Shown here: positions 13,190-21,419 of the stretch, piece after piece | How positions within the stretch are numbered: the first letter of the stretch is position 1 | How the letters are laid out: each line of letters starts with the position of its first letter | Assembly (NCBI GenBank): GCA_016707445.1 | Contig: JADJHR010000013.1 | Span: 12,450 to 76,449, forward strand | Reading direction: 5' to 3' | From: Rubrivivax sp. | GTDB taxonomy: Bacteria > Pseudomonadota > Gammaproteobacteria > Burkholderiales > Burkholderiaceae_C | Length of the DNA: 64,000 nt | Program-made: the position numbers and the translations under genes | Notes under the pieces: model-generated | Told to the model about the DNA's origin: nothing | The model's database searches: none | Seen by the model: only the letters and a program-made list of their open reading frames with translations

Positions 13190-13331
13190 GGATCTGAGGG
13201 CTCGGGCCTGGGCTGCGGGATGTCTATTCTGTGGCCAAGCCGAGGCACCTGCGCGTGACGGGCCATCGGCAGGGTGTTCATCCGAGGGTCCAGCGCCCTG
13301 TCCGTCAATTCGGCGCGGCTAGACTGACCGC

Positions 13332-14663
13332 GTGACCGCCACTGCCTCATTGCCGCTGTCGAGGCTGCTCGATCTGTCCGCCGACCTGATGCAGGGTGTG
13401 CGCGACGGTCGCTCGGCCACCGACCTGATCGGCCGTTGCCCGCCCGATGCCCGTGCCGGTGTGCAGGCGCTGGCCTTCGACGTGTTGCGCCGGCTGGGGG
13501 CCGCCACTGAACTGCGTGCGCTGCTGGCCCCGAAGGCACCGCCGCCCCGGGTCGACGCGCTGCTGTGCACCGCGCTGGCGCTGCTGTGGCCGACGCCATC
13601 GCCGCCGTATCCCGACCACACGCTGGTCGACCAGGCCGTGACCGCGGCCCGTCAGCGCACGCCGGCGGCGGCCGGCTTCATCAACGCGGTGCTGCGCCGG
13701 TTCATCCGCGAACGCCAGGCCCTGGTGGCCGCGGTAGAGCGCACGCCGCTGGGTGCCTGGAACCATCCAGCCTGGTGGATCGAACGGCTGCGACAGGACT
13801 GGCCCACCCAGTGGCAAGCCCTGCTTCGCGCCGCCAACCAGCGCCCGCCCATGACGCTGCGCGTCAACGCCCGGCGCTGCACCGGGGCGGCCTATGTGCA
13901 GCGGCTGGCGGCAGCAGGACACGCTGCCACACTGCTCGAGGACCCGGCGTTGGCCGGCCAGGCGGTGCTGCTGGCCGAGCCCTGCCCGGTGCAGCAATTG
14001 CCCGGCTTCGCCGAAGGCGAGGTGTCGGTACAAGACGCCGCCGCCCAGCGCGCCGCCAGCCTGATGCTGGGTGAAGGTGAGCACGCATTGGGGTCGGGTG
14101 CCCGGGTACTTGACGCCTGTGCTGCGCCAGGCGGCAAGACGACCCAGCTGCTGGAACGTGCCGATCTGGACCTGCTGGCGCTGGACAGCGACCCGCAGCG
14201 CTTGCCGCGCATCCAGGACAGCCTGCAGCGCCTGCAGCTGCAGGCCGAGTTGCGCGCCGCCGACGCGCGTGAGACTGCGCGCTGGTGGGACGGGCGATTT
14301 TTCGACGCGATCCTGATCGATGCGCCGTGCAGCGCTTCGGGCATCGTGCGCCGTCATCCCGACATCCGCTGGCTGCGCAGACATGATGATTTGTTGGCGC
14401 TTACTCGCATCCAAAGTGAGTTGTTATGGGCGCTGTGGCCCTTGCTGCGCCCTGGCGGCCACCTGGTCTACGCCACCTGCTCGATCTTCAAGACTGAAGG
14501 CAGCCAGCGGATCGACGCATTTTTGCAACGCCTGCCGGCCGGCGCCGCCAGCCTGGACCCGGCTTCGCCGGGCCACCTGCTGCCAGTGGCCGACAATTCA
14601 GGCTCGACCGCCGCCCCCGCTCTGGAGGACGGCTTCTTCTACGCCCGCCTGTTCAAGCCCTGA
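13332..14663 (+). CDS. rsmB: 16S rRNA (cytosine967-C5)-methyltransferase
   Basis: 443 aa, NusB-like N-terminus plus SAM methyltransferase motifs (VLDACAAPGGKT, ILIDAPCSASGIVRRHPD, YATCS). Confidence 0.9.
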   Translation: MTATASLPLSRLLDLSADLMQGVRDGRSATDLIGRCPPDARAGVQALAFDVLRRLGAATELRALLAPKAPPPRVDALLCTALALLWPTPSPPYPDHTLVDQAVTAARQRTPAAAGFINAVLRRFIRERQALVAAVERTPLGAWNHPAWWIERLRQDWPTQWQALLRAANQRPPMTLRVNARRCTGAAYVQRLAAAGHAATLLEDPALAGQAVLLAEPCPVQQLPGFAEGEVSVQDAAAQRAASLMLGEGEHALGSGARVLDACAAPGGKTTQLLERADLDLLALDSDPQRLPRIQDSLQRLQLQAELRAADARETARWWDGRFFDAILIDAPCSASGIVRRHPDIRWLRRHDDLLALTRIQSELLWALWPLLRPGGHLVYATCSIFKTEGSQRIDAFLQRLPAGAASLDPASPGHLLPVADNSGSTAAPALEDGFFYARLFKP

Positions 14664-14680
14664 CGACCAACCTGTCCACC

Positions 14681-15256
14681 ATGCACCGCCGGCGGCCCAT
14701 CGATCGACGCCAGTTGCTGGGCCTGGGGGCAATGCTGCTGGCAGGCAGCACGCTGCCACGGCCGGCCCAGGCGCGCGGCGACGCGGTCGAGCTGGTATCA
14801 CTGCAGACCATGCGCAGCGACGGCGCGCTGACGCTCGAGTTCGTCACCCAGGTGATCCTGCCGCGGGCGGTGGAAGACGCGCTGCAGCGTGGCGTGCCGG
14901 TCTACTTCATGGCCCAGGCCACCTTGTGGCGCAACCGCTGGTACTGGCGTGACGAGCGCATTGCCCGCGTCAGCCGCACCTGGCGGCTGGCCTACCAACC
15001 GCTGACCTCGACCTGGCGGGTCGGGCTGGGCGGGCTGAACCAGAACTACCCGACCCTGGCCGAAGCCATGGCCACGGTGACCCGGTTGTCGCAATGGCGG
15101 CTGGTCGATCTGTCGCAGATCGACCCCGACAGCAGCTACTCGATCGATTTCTCGTGGCGCCTGGACACCTCGCAGCTGCCCAGCCCGATGCTGATCGGCC
15201 TGATCGGCGGCAGCGAGTTCTCGATCGGCGTCGAGCGCTCGCTGCGCCTCGAATGA
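14681..15256 (+). CDS. DUF4390 domain protein (Tat-type signal)
   Basis: 191 aa with RRQLLGLGAML signal. Sits in the conserved position between rsmB and the NtrY-like kinase. Confidence 0.7.
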   Translation: MHRRRPIDRRQLLGLGAMLLAGSTLPRPAQARGDAVELVSLQTMRSDGALTLEFVTQVILPRAVEDALQRGVPVYFMAQATLWRNRWYWRDERIARVSRTWRLAYQPLTSTWRVGLGGLNQNYPTLAEAMATVTRLSQWRLVDLSQIDPDSSYSIDFSWRLDTSQLPSPMLIGLIGGSEFSIGVERSLRLE

Positions 15257-15263
15257 CCCCAGC

Positions 15264-17573
15264 ATGACGCGGTCGGCACGCTGGGCCTGGATCGTCGCCC
15301 TCACGGCCACGACCGGGCTCGGCCTGGTGCTGGCCTTCGTGGTGCGCATGGGCACCGACGGCGGTGGCGGCATCAGCGAGCGTCGTTTCGTCTGGTTGTT
15401 CTGGGCCAACGTGGCGGTGGCGGCGTTGCTGACGGTGGTGATCGGCTTCGCCGCCGTGCGCCTGCTGGTGCGGCGGCGCCGGGGCAAGTTCGGCAGCCGG
15501 CTGCTGATCAAGCTGGCCGGCATCTTCGCGCTGGTGGGCCTGCTGCCGGGCCTGACGATCTACACCGTGTCCTACCAGTTCGTCTCGCGCAGCATCGAGG
15601 CCTGGTTCGACGTGCGGCTGGCCGGGGCGCTGGACGCCGGGCTGTCGCTGGGCAAGGGGACCCTCGACGCCCTGGTGGCCGACCTGGCGTCGAAGGCGCG
15701 GCTGGGCGCCGAGCGGCTGGGCGACGGCGGCGTGCCCGGCACCCCGCTGACGCTGGAGCGCATGCGCGAGCAGCTGGGTGTCAGCCAGCTGGCGCTGGTG
15801 GGCGACAGTGGCCAGGTCTTGCTGAGCACCGGTGCCGGCGCCGCCACGCTGGCGGCCGATCGGCCGCAGGCCAGCCTGCTGCGCCAGGCACGCAGCACCG
15901 GCGTGTCGAGCCTGATCGAGGGGCTGGACGAAGAGGCCCTGACCGGCCCGGACGGCAGCGGCGCCCGCGTGCGCGCCCTGGCCCGGGTGCCCAGTCGTGC
16001 CCTGGCGCTGGGGCACAGCGACGACCGCTACCTGTTGCTGGTGCAGCCGCTGTCGCGCACGCTGGCGCTGAACGCGCTGGCGGTGCAGGCGGCGTACAGC
16101 GAATACCAGCAGCGTGCGCTGGCGCGCGACAGCCTGCGCCGCATGTACATCGGCACGCTGACGCTGGCGCTGATCCTGGCCGTGTTCGGTGCGGTGCTGC
16201 TGGCCATCCTGCTGGGCACGCAGCTGGCGCGGCCGCTGCTGCTGCTGGCCGACGGCGTGCGCCAGGTGGCGGCTGGCGACCTGACGGCCAAGCCGGTGTT
16301 CGCGTCACGCGACGAACTGGGCGGCCTGACACGATCGTTTGCCGACATGACCGCGCAGCTGGCCGACGCGCGTGAGCAGGTGCAGCGCGGCGTGGCCCAG
16401 CTGGAGGGTGCGCGTACGCGTTTGCAGACCATCCTGGACACCCTGAGCGCGGGCGTCATCGTGCTCGACCACGAAGGGCGTATCGACACCGTCAACCCCG
16501 GCGCCACGCGCATCCTGCGGCTGCCCTTTGCCGCCTGGCGCGGCCGCCGCCTGGACGAGGTGGCCGAGCTGGAGCTGCTGGCGCGCAGCATCGAACAGCG
16601 CTTCGAGCTGCTGCGCACCAGCCCCGAGGCCGGCGAGCGCGACCACTGGCAAGAGAGCTACGAACTGGCGCGCGGCGACGGTGCCGCCATCAGCCTGCTG
16701 GTGCGTGGTGCGCACCTGCCTGCCGGCACGCGGCTGCTGGTGTTCGACGACATCTCGGACGTGGTGTCGGCGCAGCGCAGCGCGGCCTGGACCGAAGTGG
16801 CGCGCCGCCTGGCGCACGAGATCAAGAACCCGCTGACGCCGATCCAGCTGTCGGCCGAACGGCTGCAGCACAAGCTCGAGGCCAAGCTCGAGGGCGCCGA
16901 CCAGAGCCTGCTGCTGCGATCGGTGGGCACCATCGTCAACCAGGTGCAGGCGATGCAGAAGCTGGTCAACGAATTTCGCGACTACGCGCGCCTGCCGGCT
17001 GCACAAATGAAGCCGCTGGACCTGAACCCGCTGGTGCAGGAGGTGCTGGCCTTGTACGGCCACGCGCTCGACAGCGGCGTGCTGTCGGCCCGCATCGAAG
17101 CGGCGCTGCCGCGCATCGTGGGTGACGCCACGCAGCTGCGGCAGGTGATCCACAACGTCGTGCAGAACGCGCTGGACGCCGTGTCCGAGCAGGACAACGG
17201 CCATGTCGAGGTGCAGACGTCCAGCGCCCGTGGCGAACATGGCGAGCTGCGCGCAGTGCGCCTGACCGTGATCGACAATGGGCCCGGATTTGCCGAAAAA
17301 GTGCTGCAAAGGGCCTTCGAGCCCTACGTCACCACCAAGGCCAAGGGCACCGGATTGGGGCTGGCGGTGGTGAAGAAGATCGCCGACGAACATCGCGCCC
17401 GGCTGCGCGTGGTCAACCTGCACCAGGGCGACGAGCCCGATGCTGCGGTGGTGGGGGCGCGAGTTTCGCTATCATTTTCCAATTTCGCACCGGCGGCTCA
17501 CCCCGCGCCGCCCCCCGCACCGGCGTCGGGCGGCCCCGCCGCAAACAGCGGTGGTGCGACACAGGTGCATTGA
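15264..17573 (+). CDS. NtrY-like sensor histidine kinase (TM-HAMP-PAS-HisKA-HATPase)
   Basis: 769 aa. H-box ARRLAHEIKNPLTPIQLSAERL; N/G boxes NVVQNALDA, DNGPGF, GTGLGLAVVKKI. Confidence 0.88.
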   Translation: MTRSARWAWIVALTATTGLGLVLAFVVRMGTDGGGGISERRFVWLFWANVAVAALLTVVIGFAAVRLLVRRRRGKFGSRLLIKLAGIFALVGLLPGLTIYTVSYQFVSRSIEAWFDVRLAGALDAGLSLGKGTLDALVADLASKARLGAERLGDGGVPGTPLTLERMREQLGVSQLALVGDSGQVLLSTGAGAATLAADRPQASLLRQARSTGVSSLIEGLDEEALTGPDGSGARVRALARVPSRALALGHSDDRYLLLVQPLSRTLALNALAVQAAYSEYQQRALARDSLRRMYIGTLTLALILAVFGAVLLAILLGTQLARPLLLLADGVRQVAAGDLTAKPVFASRDELGGLTRSFADMTAQLADAREQVQRGVAQLEGARTRLQTILDTLSAGVIVLDHEGRIDTVNPGATRILRLPFAAWRGRRLDEVAELELLARSIEQRFELLRTSPEAGERDHWQESYELARGDGAAISLLVRGAHLPAGTRLLVFDDISDVVSAQRSAAWTEVARRLAHEIKNPLTPIQLSAERLQHKLEAKLEGADQSLLLRSVGTIVNQVQAMQKLVNEFRDYARLPAAQMKPLDLNPLVQEVLALYGHALDSGVLSARIEAALPRIVGDATQLRQVIHNVVQNALDAVSEQDNGHVEVQTSSARGEHGELRAVRLTVIDNGPGFAEKVLQRAFEPYVTTKAKGTGLGLAVVKKIADEHRARLRVVNLHQGDEPDAAVVGARVSLSFSNFAPAAHPAPPPAPASGGPAANSGGATQVH

Positions 17574-17580
17574 ATCGCGC

Positions 17581-18279
17581 ATGGCAACGATACTGGTCGT
17601 AGACGATGAGCTCGGCATTCGGGCCCTGCTGTCGGAGATCCTCACCGACGAAGGCCACACGGTCGAGCTGGCGGAAAACGCGGCGCAGGCGCGCAGCGTG
17701 CGCGAATCGCTTCGTCCTGACCTGGTGCTGCTGGACATCTGGATGCCAGACGTCGACGGCATCAGCCTGCTCAAGGAATGGGGCGCCACCGGCATGCTCA
17801 GCATGCCGGTGATCATGATGAGTGGCCACGGCACCATCGACACCGCGGTCGAAGCCACCAAGTTCGGCGCCAGTGCCTTCCTGGAAAAGCCGATCACCTT
17901 GCAGAAGCTGTTGCGCGCGGTGGAGCAGGCGCTGGCCAAGCCTGGTTCGCGTGCGCACGGCAACGGCAATGGCGGCGTGCCGGCGCGGGGTGAAGTTGGC
18001 AGCGCAGGTGACAGCGCACTGGTGAACAACGGGGCCGTCTTGCCGGTCCTGGCGCCGCTGCCCGTAGGCCCGCAGGCCGAACAGAGCTTCGACCTCGACC
18101 GCCCGCTGCGCGAGGCCCGCGATGCCTTCGAGAAGAGCTACTTCGAATTCCATCTGGCCAAGGAAAACGGCTCGATGACGCGCGTGGCCGAAAAGACCGG
18201 CCTGGAGCGCACGCACCTGTATCGCAAGCTCAAGCAGTTGGGCGTCGACCTCACCCGCAACAAGCGCGGTGTCATTTGA
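17581..18279 (+). CDS. response regulator, REC + Fis-type HTH, no AAA+ module (short NtrX-like)
   Basis: MATILVVDDELGIRALL...LLDIWMPDVDG..., C-terminal GSMTRVAEKTGLERTHLYRKLKQLGV. Only 232 aa, leaving no room for a sigma-54 activation domain. Confidence 0.88.
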   Translation: MATILVVDDELGIRALLSEILTDEGHTVELAENAAQARSVRESLRPDLVLLDIWMPDVDGISLLKEWGATGMLSMPVIMMSGHGTIDTAVEATKFGASAFLEKPITLQKLLRAVEQALAKPGSRAHGNGNGGVPARGEVGSAGDSALVNNGAVLPVLAPLPVGPQAEQSFDLDRPLREARDAFEKSYFEFHLAKENGSMTRVAEKTGLERTHLYRKLKQLGVDLTRNKRGVI

Positions 18280-18322
18280 CGCCGGCCTGGCACCTGCGAA
18301 CCCAAGCTATAATTTTCGGCTC

Positions 18323-18398
18323 GGCCTGGTAGCTCAGTTGGTAGAGCAGCGGATTGAAAATCCGCGTGTCGGTGGTTCGATTCCGCCCCAGGCCACCA
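18323..18398 (+). tRNA. tRNA-Phe (anticodon GAA)
   Basis: Cloverleaf folded by hand. Acceptor ggcctgg/ccaggcc, D-arm agctcagttggtagagc, anticodon stem gcgga/tccgc with loop ttGAAaa, T-arm ggtgg-ttcgatt-ccgcc, discriminator A, encoded CCA. Confidence 0.95.
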
Positions 18399-18399
18399 A
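18385..18399 (+). repeat. attL-like direct repeat (3' end of tRNA-Phe), partner at 20541-20555
   Basis: gccccaggccaccaa is repeated exactly at 20541-20555. Including the flank (ttcgaNNNN) it is 21/24 identical. Confidence 0.7.
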
Positions 18400-18623
18400 G
18401 ATGCTGTTCCAGGGAATCCCAAGAGGTCCCAGGAAGTGTCCGCGCCGCGCGATGCGCCGCGTCCCGCGCCATCCCTGAGCGTCCCGCAGTGCCCCCGAAG
18501 TCCCAGGAGCAATGGGCGCAGTTAACCGTTGGTTTCAACTTTCTGCCGTGGCTCGCCTCGCCATGGCCTGGTCCGCCCGGGTCCGGCATCAACGGGCCAT
18601 CGCCTCCTTTCGACGCTTCTATC

Positions 18624-18652
18624 TGTCCGAAAAACGTGCTATTTTTCGGACA
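18624..18652 (+). promoter_or_regulatory. perfect 11-bp inverted repeat (putative AbiEi operator) overlapping the abiEi start
   Basis: tgtccgaaaaa-cgtgcta-tttttcggaca. It is AT-rich in a GC-rich context, and its right arm ends in the A of the ATG at 18652. Confidence 0.6.
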
Positions 18653-19320
18653 TGAAAGCCGCCAGTCCGTCGCCTCACATCAGCATCACGCGGGATGCCC
18701 GGCGACGACGCGCCGTCGATTCGAGCATCGACGCCGCCATCTCCCGCAAGGTGCGCCGTGCGAAGCCCGGTACCGTGTTCACACCGGCACTGTTTGCTGG
18801 TCTGGGTGGCCGAGCTGCCGTCGACAAGGCCTTGCAGCGATTGGTCGCGCGCGACGAGCTGCGCCGACTGTCGCGAGGGCTGTACGACAAGCCCCGGCGC
18901 GACCCGCTGCTCGGCACCTTGTGGCCGTCGGTCGATGCCGTGGTCGCGGCACTCACCGGCAAGGACAAGCTGCGACTTCAACCGACAGGCGCCTATGCAG
19001 CCAACCTGCTCGGACTGTCCGACCAGGTGCCTGCACGCGTCGAGTTCCTGACCGACGGCACCAGCCGCACCGTCAAGGCGGGGCCGATGCAGATCGTGCT
19101 GAAGCGGACCACGCCGCGCCAGATGGCCGCTGCGGGCCGCACCAGCGGCCTGGTGATCCAGGCCCTGCGCAGTCTCGGGCCAGAGCACGTGACACCACAA
19201 CGACTCGACAAGCTCACGCGCAACATTCCCGCAGCCGAACGCCGAAGCTTGCTGGACGACCTGAGCCTGGCGCCGGGGTGGATGCAGCCCACCCTGCGCG
19301 CCTTGGCCGCGGACAAATAG
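18652..19320 (+). CDS. AbiEi-type (DUF6088-like) antitoxin / transcriptional regulator
   Basis: 222 aa: ...FTPALFAGLGGRAAVDKALQRLVARDELRRLSRGLYDKP...LQPTGAYAANLLGLSDQVPARVEFLTDG.... Lies 5 nt upstream of an AbiEii-type gene. Confidence 0.7.
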   Translation: MKAASPSPHISITRDARRRRAVDSSIDAAISRKVRRAKPGTVFTPALFAGLGGRAAVDKALQRLVARDELRRLSRGLYDKPRRDPLLGTLWPSVDAVVAALTGKDKLRLQPTGAYAANLLGLSDQVPARVEFLTDGTSRTVKAGPMQIVLKRTTPRQMAAAGRTSGLVIQALRSLGPEHVTPQRLDKLTRNIPAAERRSLLDDLSLAPGWMQPTLRALAADK

Positions 19321-19325
19321 TCGCG

Positions 19326-20465
19326 ATGGCCAAGCTCGCGTCGCAGTTCGTCGCGCTGCCGCCCGAGCGGAGGGCGCTCGCGTTCACGCAGACGGCCGCG
19401 CGCATGGCGGTGTCGAGCGTGATGGTCGAGAAGGACTTCTGGGTCAGCTGGTTGCTGGGGCTGCTCTTCGCCGACCCTGCCCTGGCGCCGCATCTGGTGT
19501 TCAAGGGCGGCACGTCGCTATCCAAGGTCTACGGCGTGATCGACCGCTTCTCCGAGGACATCGACCTGTCGATGTCGCCGGCCTTCGTAGGCGCAGACGA
19601 ATCGGTGTTCACGGCCATGAAGAGCCGAACGCAGCGCGATGCAGCGCTGGCACAAATGCAGGCGCAGTGCGGTCAGCAGACGCGCAACGTCCTGATGCCG
19701 CGGCTCGAACAGGCCATCGTCGAACACCTCGGCCGCCGCTCCGGAGGCGCGTCGTGGCTGCGCTACGAGGACGATGCTGTCGCACGCTCGCCGGTCGTGC
19801 ATTTCGAGTACCCGACGGCCTCCGAGGCCGGCTTCGACTACCTGCGCCGCGAGGTGAAGCTCGAACTGGGTTCCCTCACCGACCAGCGGCCTACCGAACA
19901 GCATGCAGTGCGCCCCTGGGTCGTCGATGACTTCCCCGCCGCATTCCCCGATTGGCAGTGCCAGGTGACCGCGCTCGAGCTGGCGCGCACGTTCTGGGAG
20001 AAGGCTACCATCCTGCACGCCGAGCACCACCGCCCCGCGGACCAGGCCACGCCGGATCGCTACGCGCGACACTACGCCGACATGGAGCGATTGCTTCGCC
20101 ACCCCGACGCCGCCGAGATGCTGGCGGACCATGCGTTGTGCGCGCGCGTCGTCGATTGGAAGAGCCGGGTGTTCGCGCGTCAGTGGGCGCGCTACGACCT
20201 GGCCCGGCCAGGCACGTTTCGCCTGCTGCCGGCCGAGGGGCGGCTCGCCGCCCTGGCACGTGACTACGCGCAGATGCGCGCCATGTTCATCGCCGCGCCG
20301 CCGGCGTTTGATGTCGTGATGGCCCACCTTGCCTGGGCCGAAGATGCGCTGAACACGATGGGCGCAGCCAGGCGGCGCGGCGCCCACACCACCCTTGCCC
20401 GCTTCGTCGACAAACAGCGGCCAGCCAATGTCGTCCAGGCCAGGCGACCCTCCGAGGCGGAGTAA
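19326..20465 (+). CDS. nucleotidyltransferase AbiEii/AbiGii-family toxin
   Basis: 379 aa: EKDFWVSWLL...LVFKGGTSLSKVYGVIDRFSEDIDLS, the NTase G[GS]...[DE]xD signature. Confidence 0.8.
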   Translation: MAKLASQFVALPPERRALAFTQTAARMAVSSVMVEKDFWVSWLLGLLFADPALAPHLVFKGGTSLSKVYGVIDRFSEDIDLSMSPAFVGADESVFTAMKSRTQRDAALAQMQAQCGQQTRNVLMPRLEQAIVEHLGRRSGGASWLRYEDDAVARSPVVHFEYPTASEAGFDYLRREVKLELGSLTDQRPTEQHAVRPWVVDDFPAAFPDWQCQVTALELARTFWEKATILHAEHHRPADQATPDRYARHYADMERLLRHPDAAEMLADHALCARVVDWKSRVFARQWARYDLARPGTFRLLPAEGRLAALARDYAQMRAMFIAAPPAFDVVMAHLAWAEDALNTMGAARRRGAHTTLARFVDKQRPANVVQARRPSEAE

Positions 20466-20540
20466 CTCCGGCAGTAACTCTGCCAGCCTAGCTCGCCGAA
20501 CCTGAGTGTTCTGGCATGCTTCAAGCCATCCTTCGAGTGA

Positions 20541-20555
20541 GCCCCAGGCCACCAA
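20541..20555 (+). repeat. attR-like direct repeat (copy of tRNA-Phe 3' end)
   Basis: ttcgaGTGAgccccaggccaccaa here versus ttcgaTTCCgccccaggccaccaa in the tRNA. It lies 76 nt after the abiEii stop. Confidence 0.65.
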
Positions 20556-20818
20556 TCCGCGATCGACACTCTGCAAGCTTCCTTGCACGGTGTGCCTCAC
20601 GATGACTGAGCACGTGGTCGTCCGATCCGTCTTCAGCGACCGCACCTTCGCTGCGCAGGTCTTCATATCGATTGCGGCCACATGCGCTTGCAGCGTCTGC
20701 ATTAACGAGCAGCTTTCGACGGCGAATCAGGTGCCGGGACCGAATATTCGTTATGTCAGGGCCAGCGGATTCGCGGCGGACACTGCTGGGTCTGGCCGTG
20801 GTGGGCCACTCGCGCACA

Positions 20819-21310
20819 ATGTCGGTCATGCTGCTCGACCCGCCCACCCTGCAGATCCGCGGCGCACGGCTGTCTGACGCGGCGCGCATCACGCGGTGTT
20901 ACCTGGCGTCGCGTCAAACGATGCTGCCGTACGCGCCGCTGCCGCACACCGACGACCAGGTTCTGGCCTGGGTCAGCGACCTGCTGCTGCCCGCGGGTGG
21001 GCTGACGGTGGCGCTGGAGTCGGGCGCTGTGGTGGGCTTCATCGCCACCGCGGAGCGCGCGGGCAGCCAGTGGGTCGATCAGCTGTACGTGCATCCGACG
21101 CGCCTGCGCCGCGGTGTCGGCTCGACCCTGCTGCACCTGGCGCTGGCCCGTTGGCAGGGCCCGGTTCGGCTGTATTGCTTCGAGCCCAACAAGGTCGCGC
21201 GCCGGTTCTACGAGCATTACGGTTTCGTCGCCATCGGTTTTGGCGACGGCAGCAACAACGAGAGTCGTTGCCCCGACGTGTTGTACGAGCGTTCGCCCGA
21301 TCGCGGCTGA
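20819..21310 (+). CDS. GNAT family N-acetyltransferase
   Basis: ~163 aa: ...[35 protein letters not shown]...RRFYEHYGF (acetyl-CoA-binding motif A). Start uncertain (ATG 20819 or 20828). Confidence 0.75.
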   Translation: MSVMLLDPPTLQIRGARLSDAARITRCYLASRQTMLPYAPLPHTDDQVLAWVSDLLLPAGGLTVALESGAVVGFIATAERAGSQWVDQLYVHPTRLRRGVGSTLLHLALARWQGPVRLYCFEPNKVARRFYEHYGFVAIGFGDGSNNESRCPDVLYERSPDRG

Positions 21311-21419
21311 GCGACGGCGCGCAGACTGTGCAACCGGGCCCGATCGTGCTGACCCACATCAAGCGCAAGGTTTTTGGCTCGCCTTAAGGTGCGCCTTCAG
21401 GTCCGGAGACATCCCCAAC

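Noticed and set aside
20556-20818. Possible decayed tyrosine-integrase C-terminus just outside the attR-like repeat. The minus-strand frame reads ...RYEDLRSEGAVAEDGSDDHVLSH..., vaguely like HDLRHT...LAEAG....HV...LGH.
   Set aside because: Only a few scattered identities. The catalytic R, H and Y cannot be placed, and the region is short. It cannot be supported without a profile search.
21311-21419. NrdR box or cobalamin riboswitch upstream of nrdJ.
   Set aside because: I could not find an ACACTATATATAGTGT-like palindrome or the conserved B12-box. The 110-nt leader is too short for a cobalamin riboswitch.
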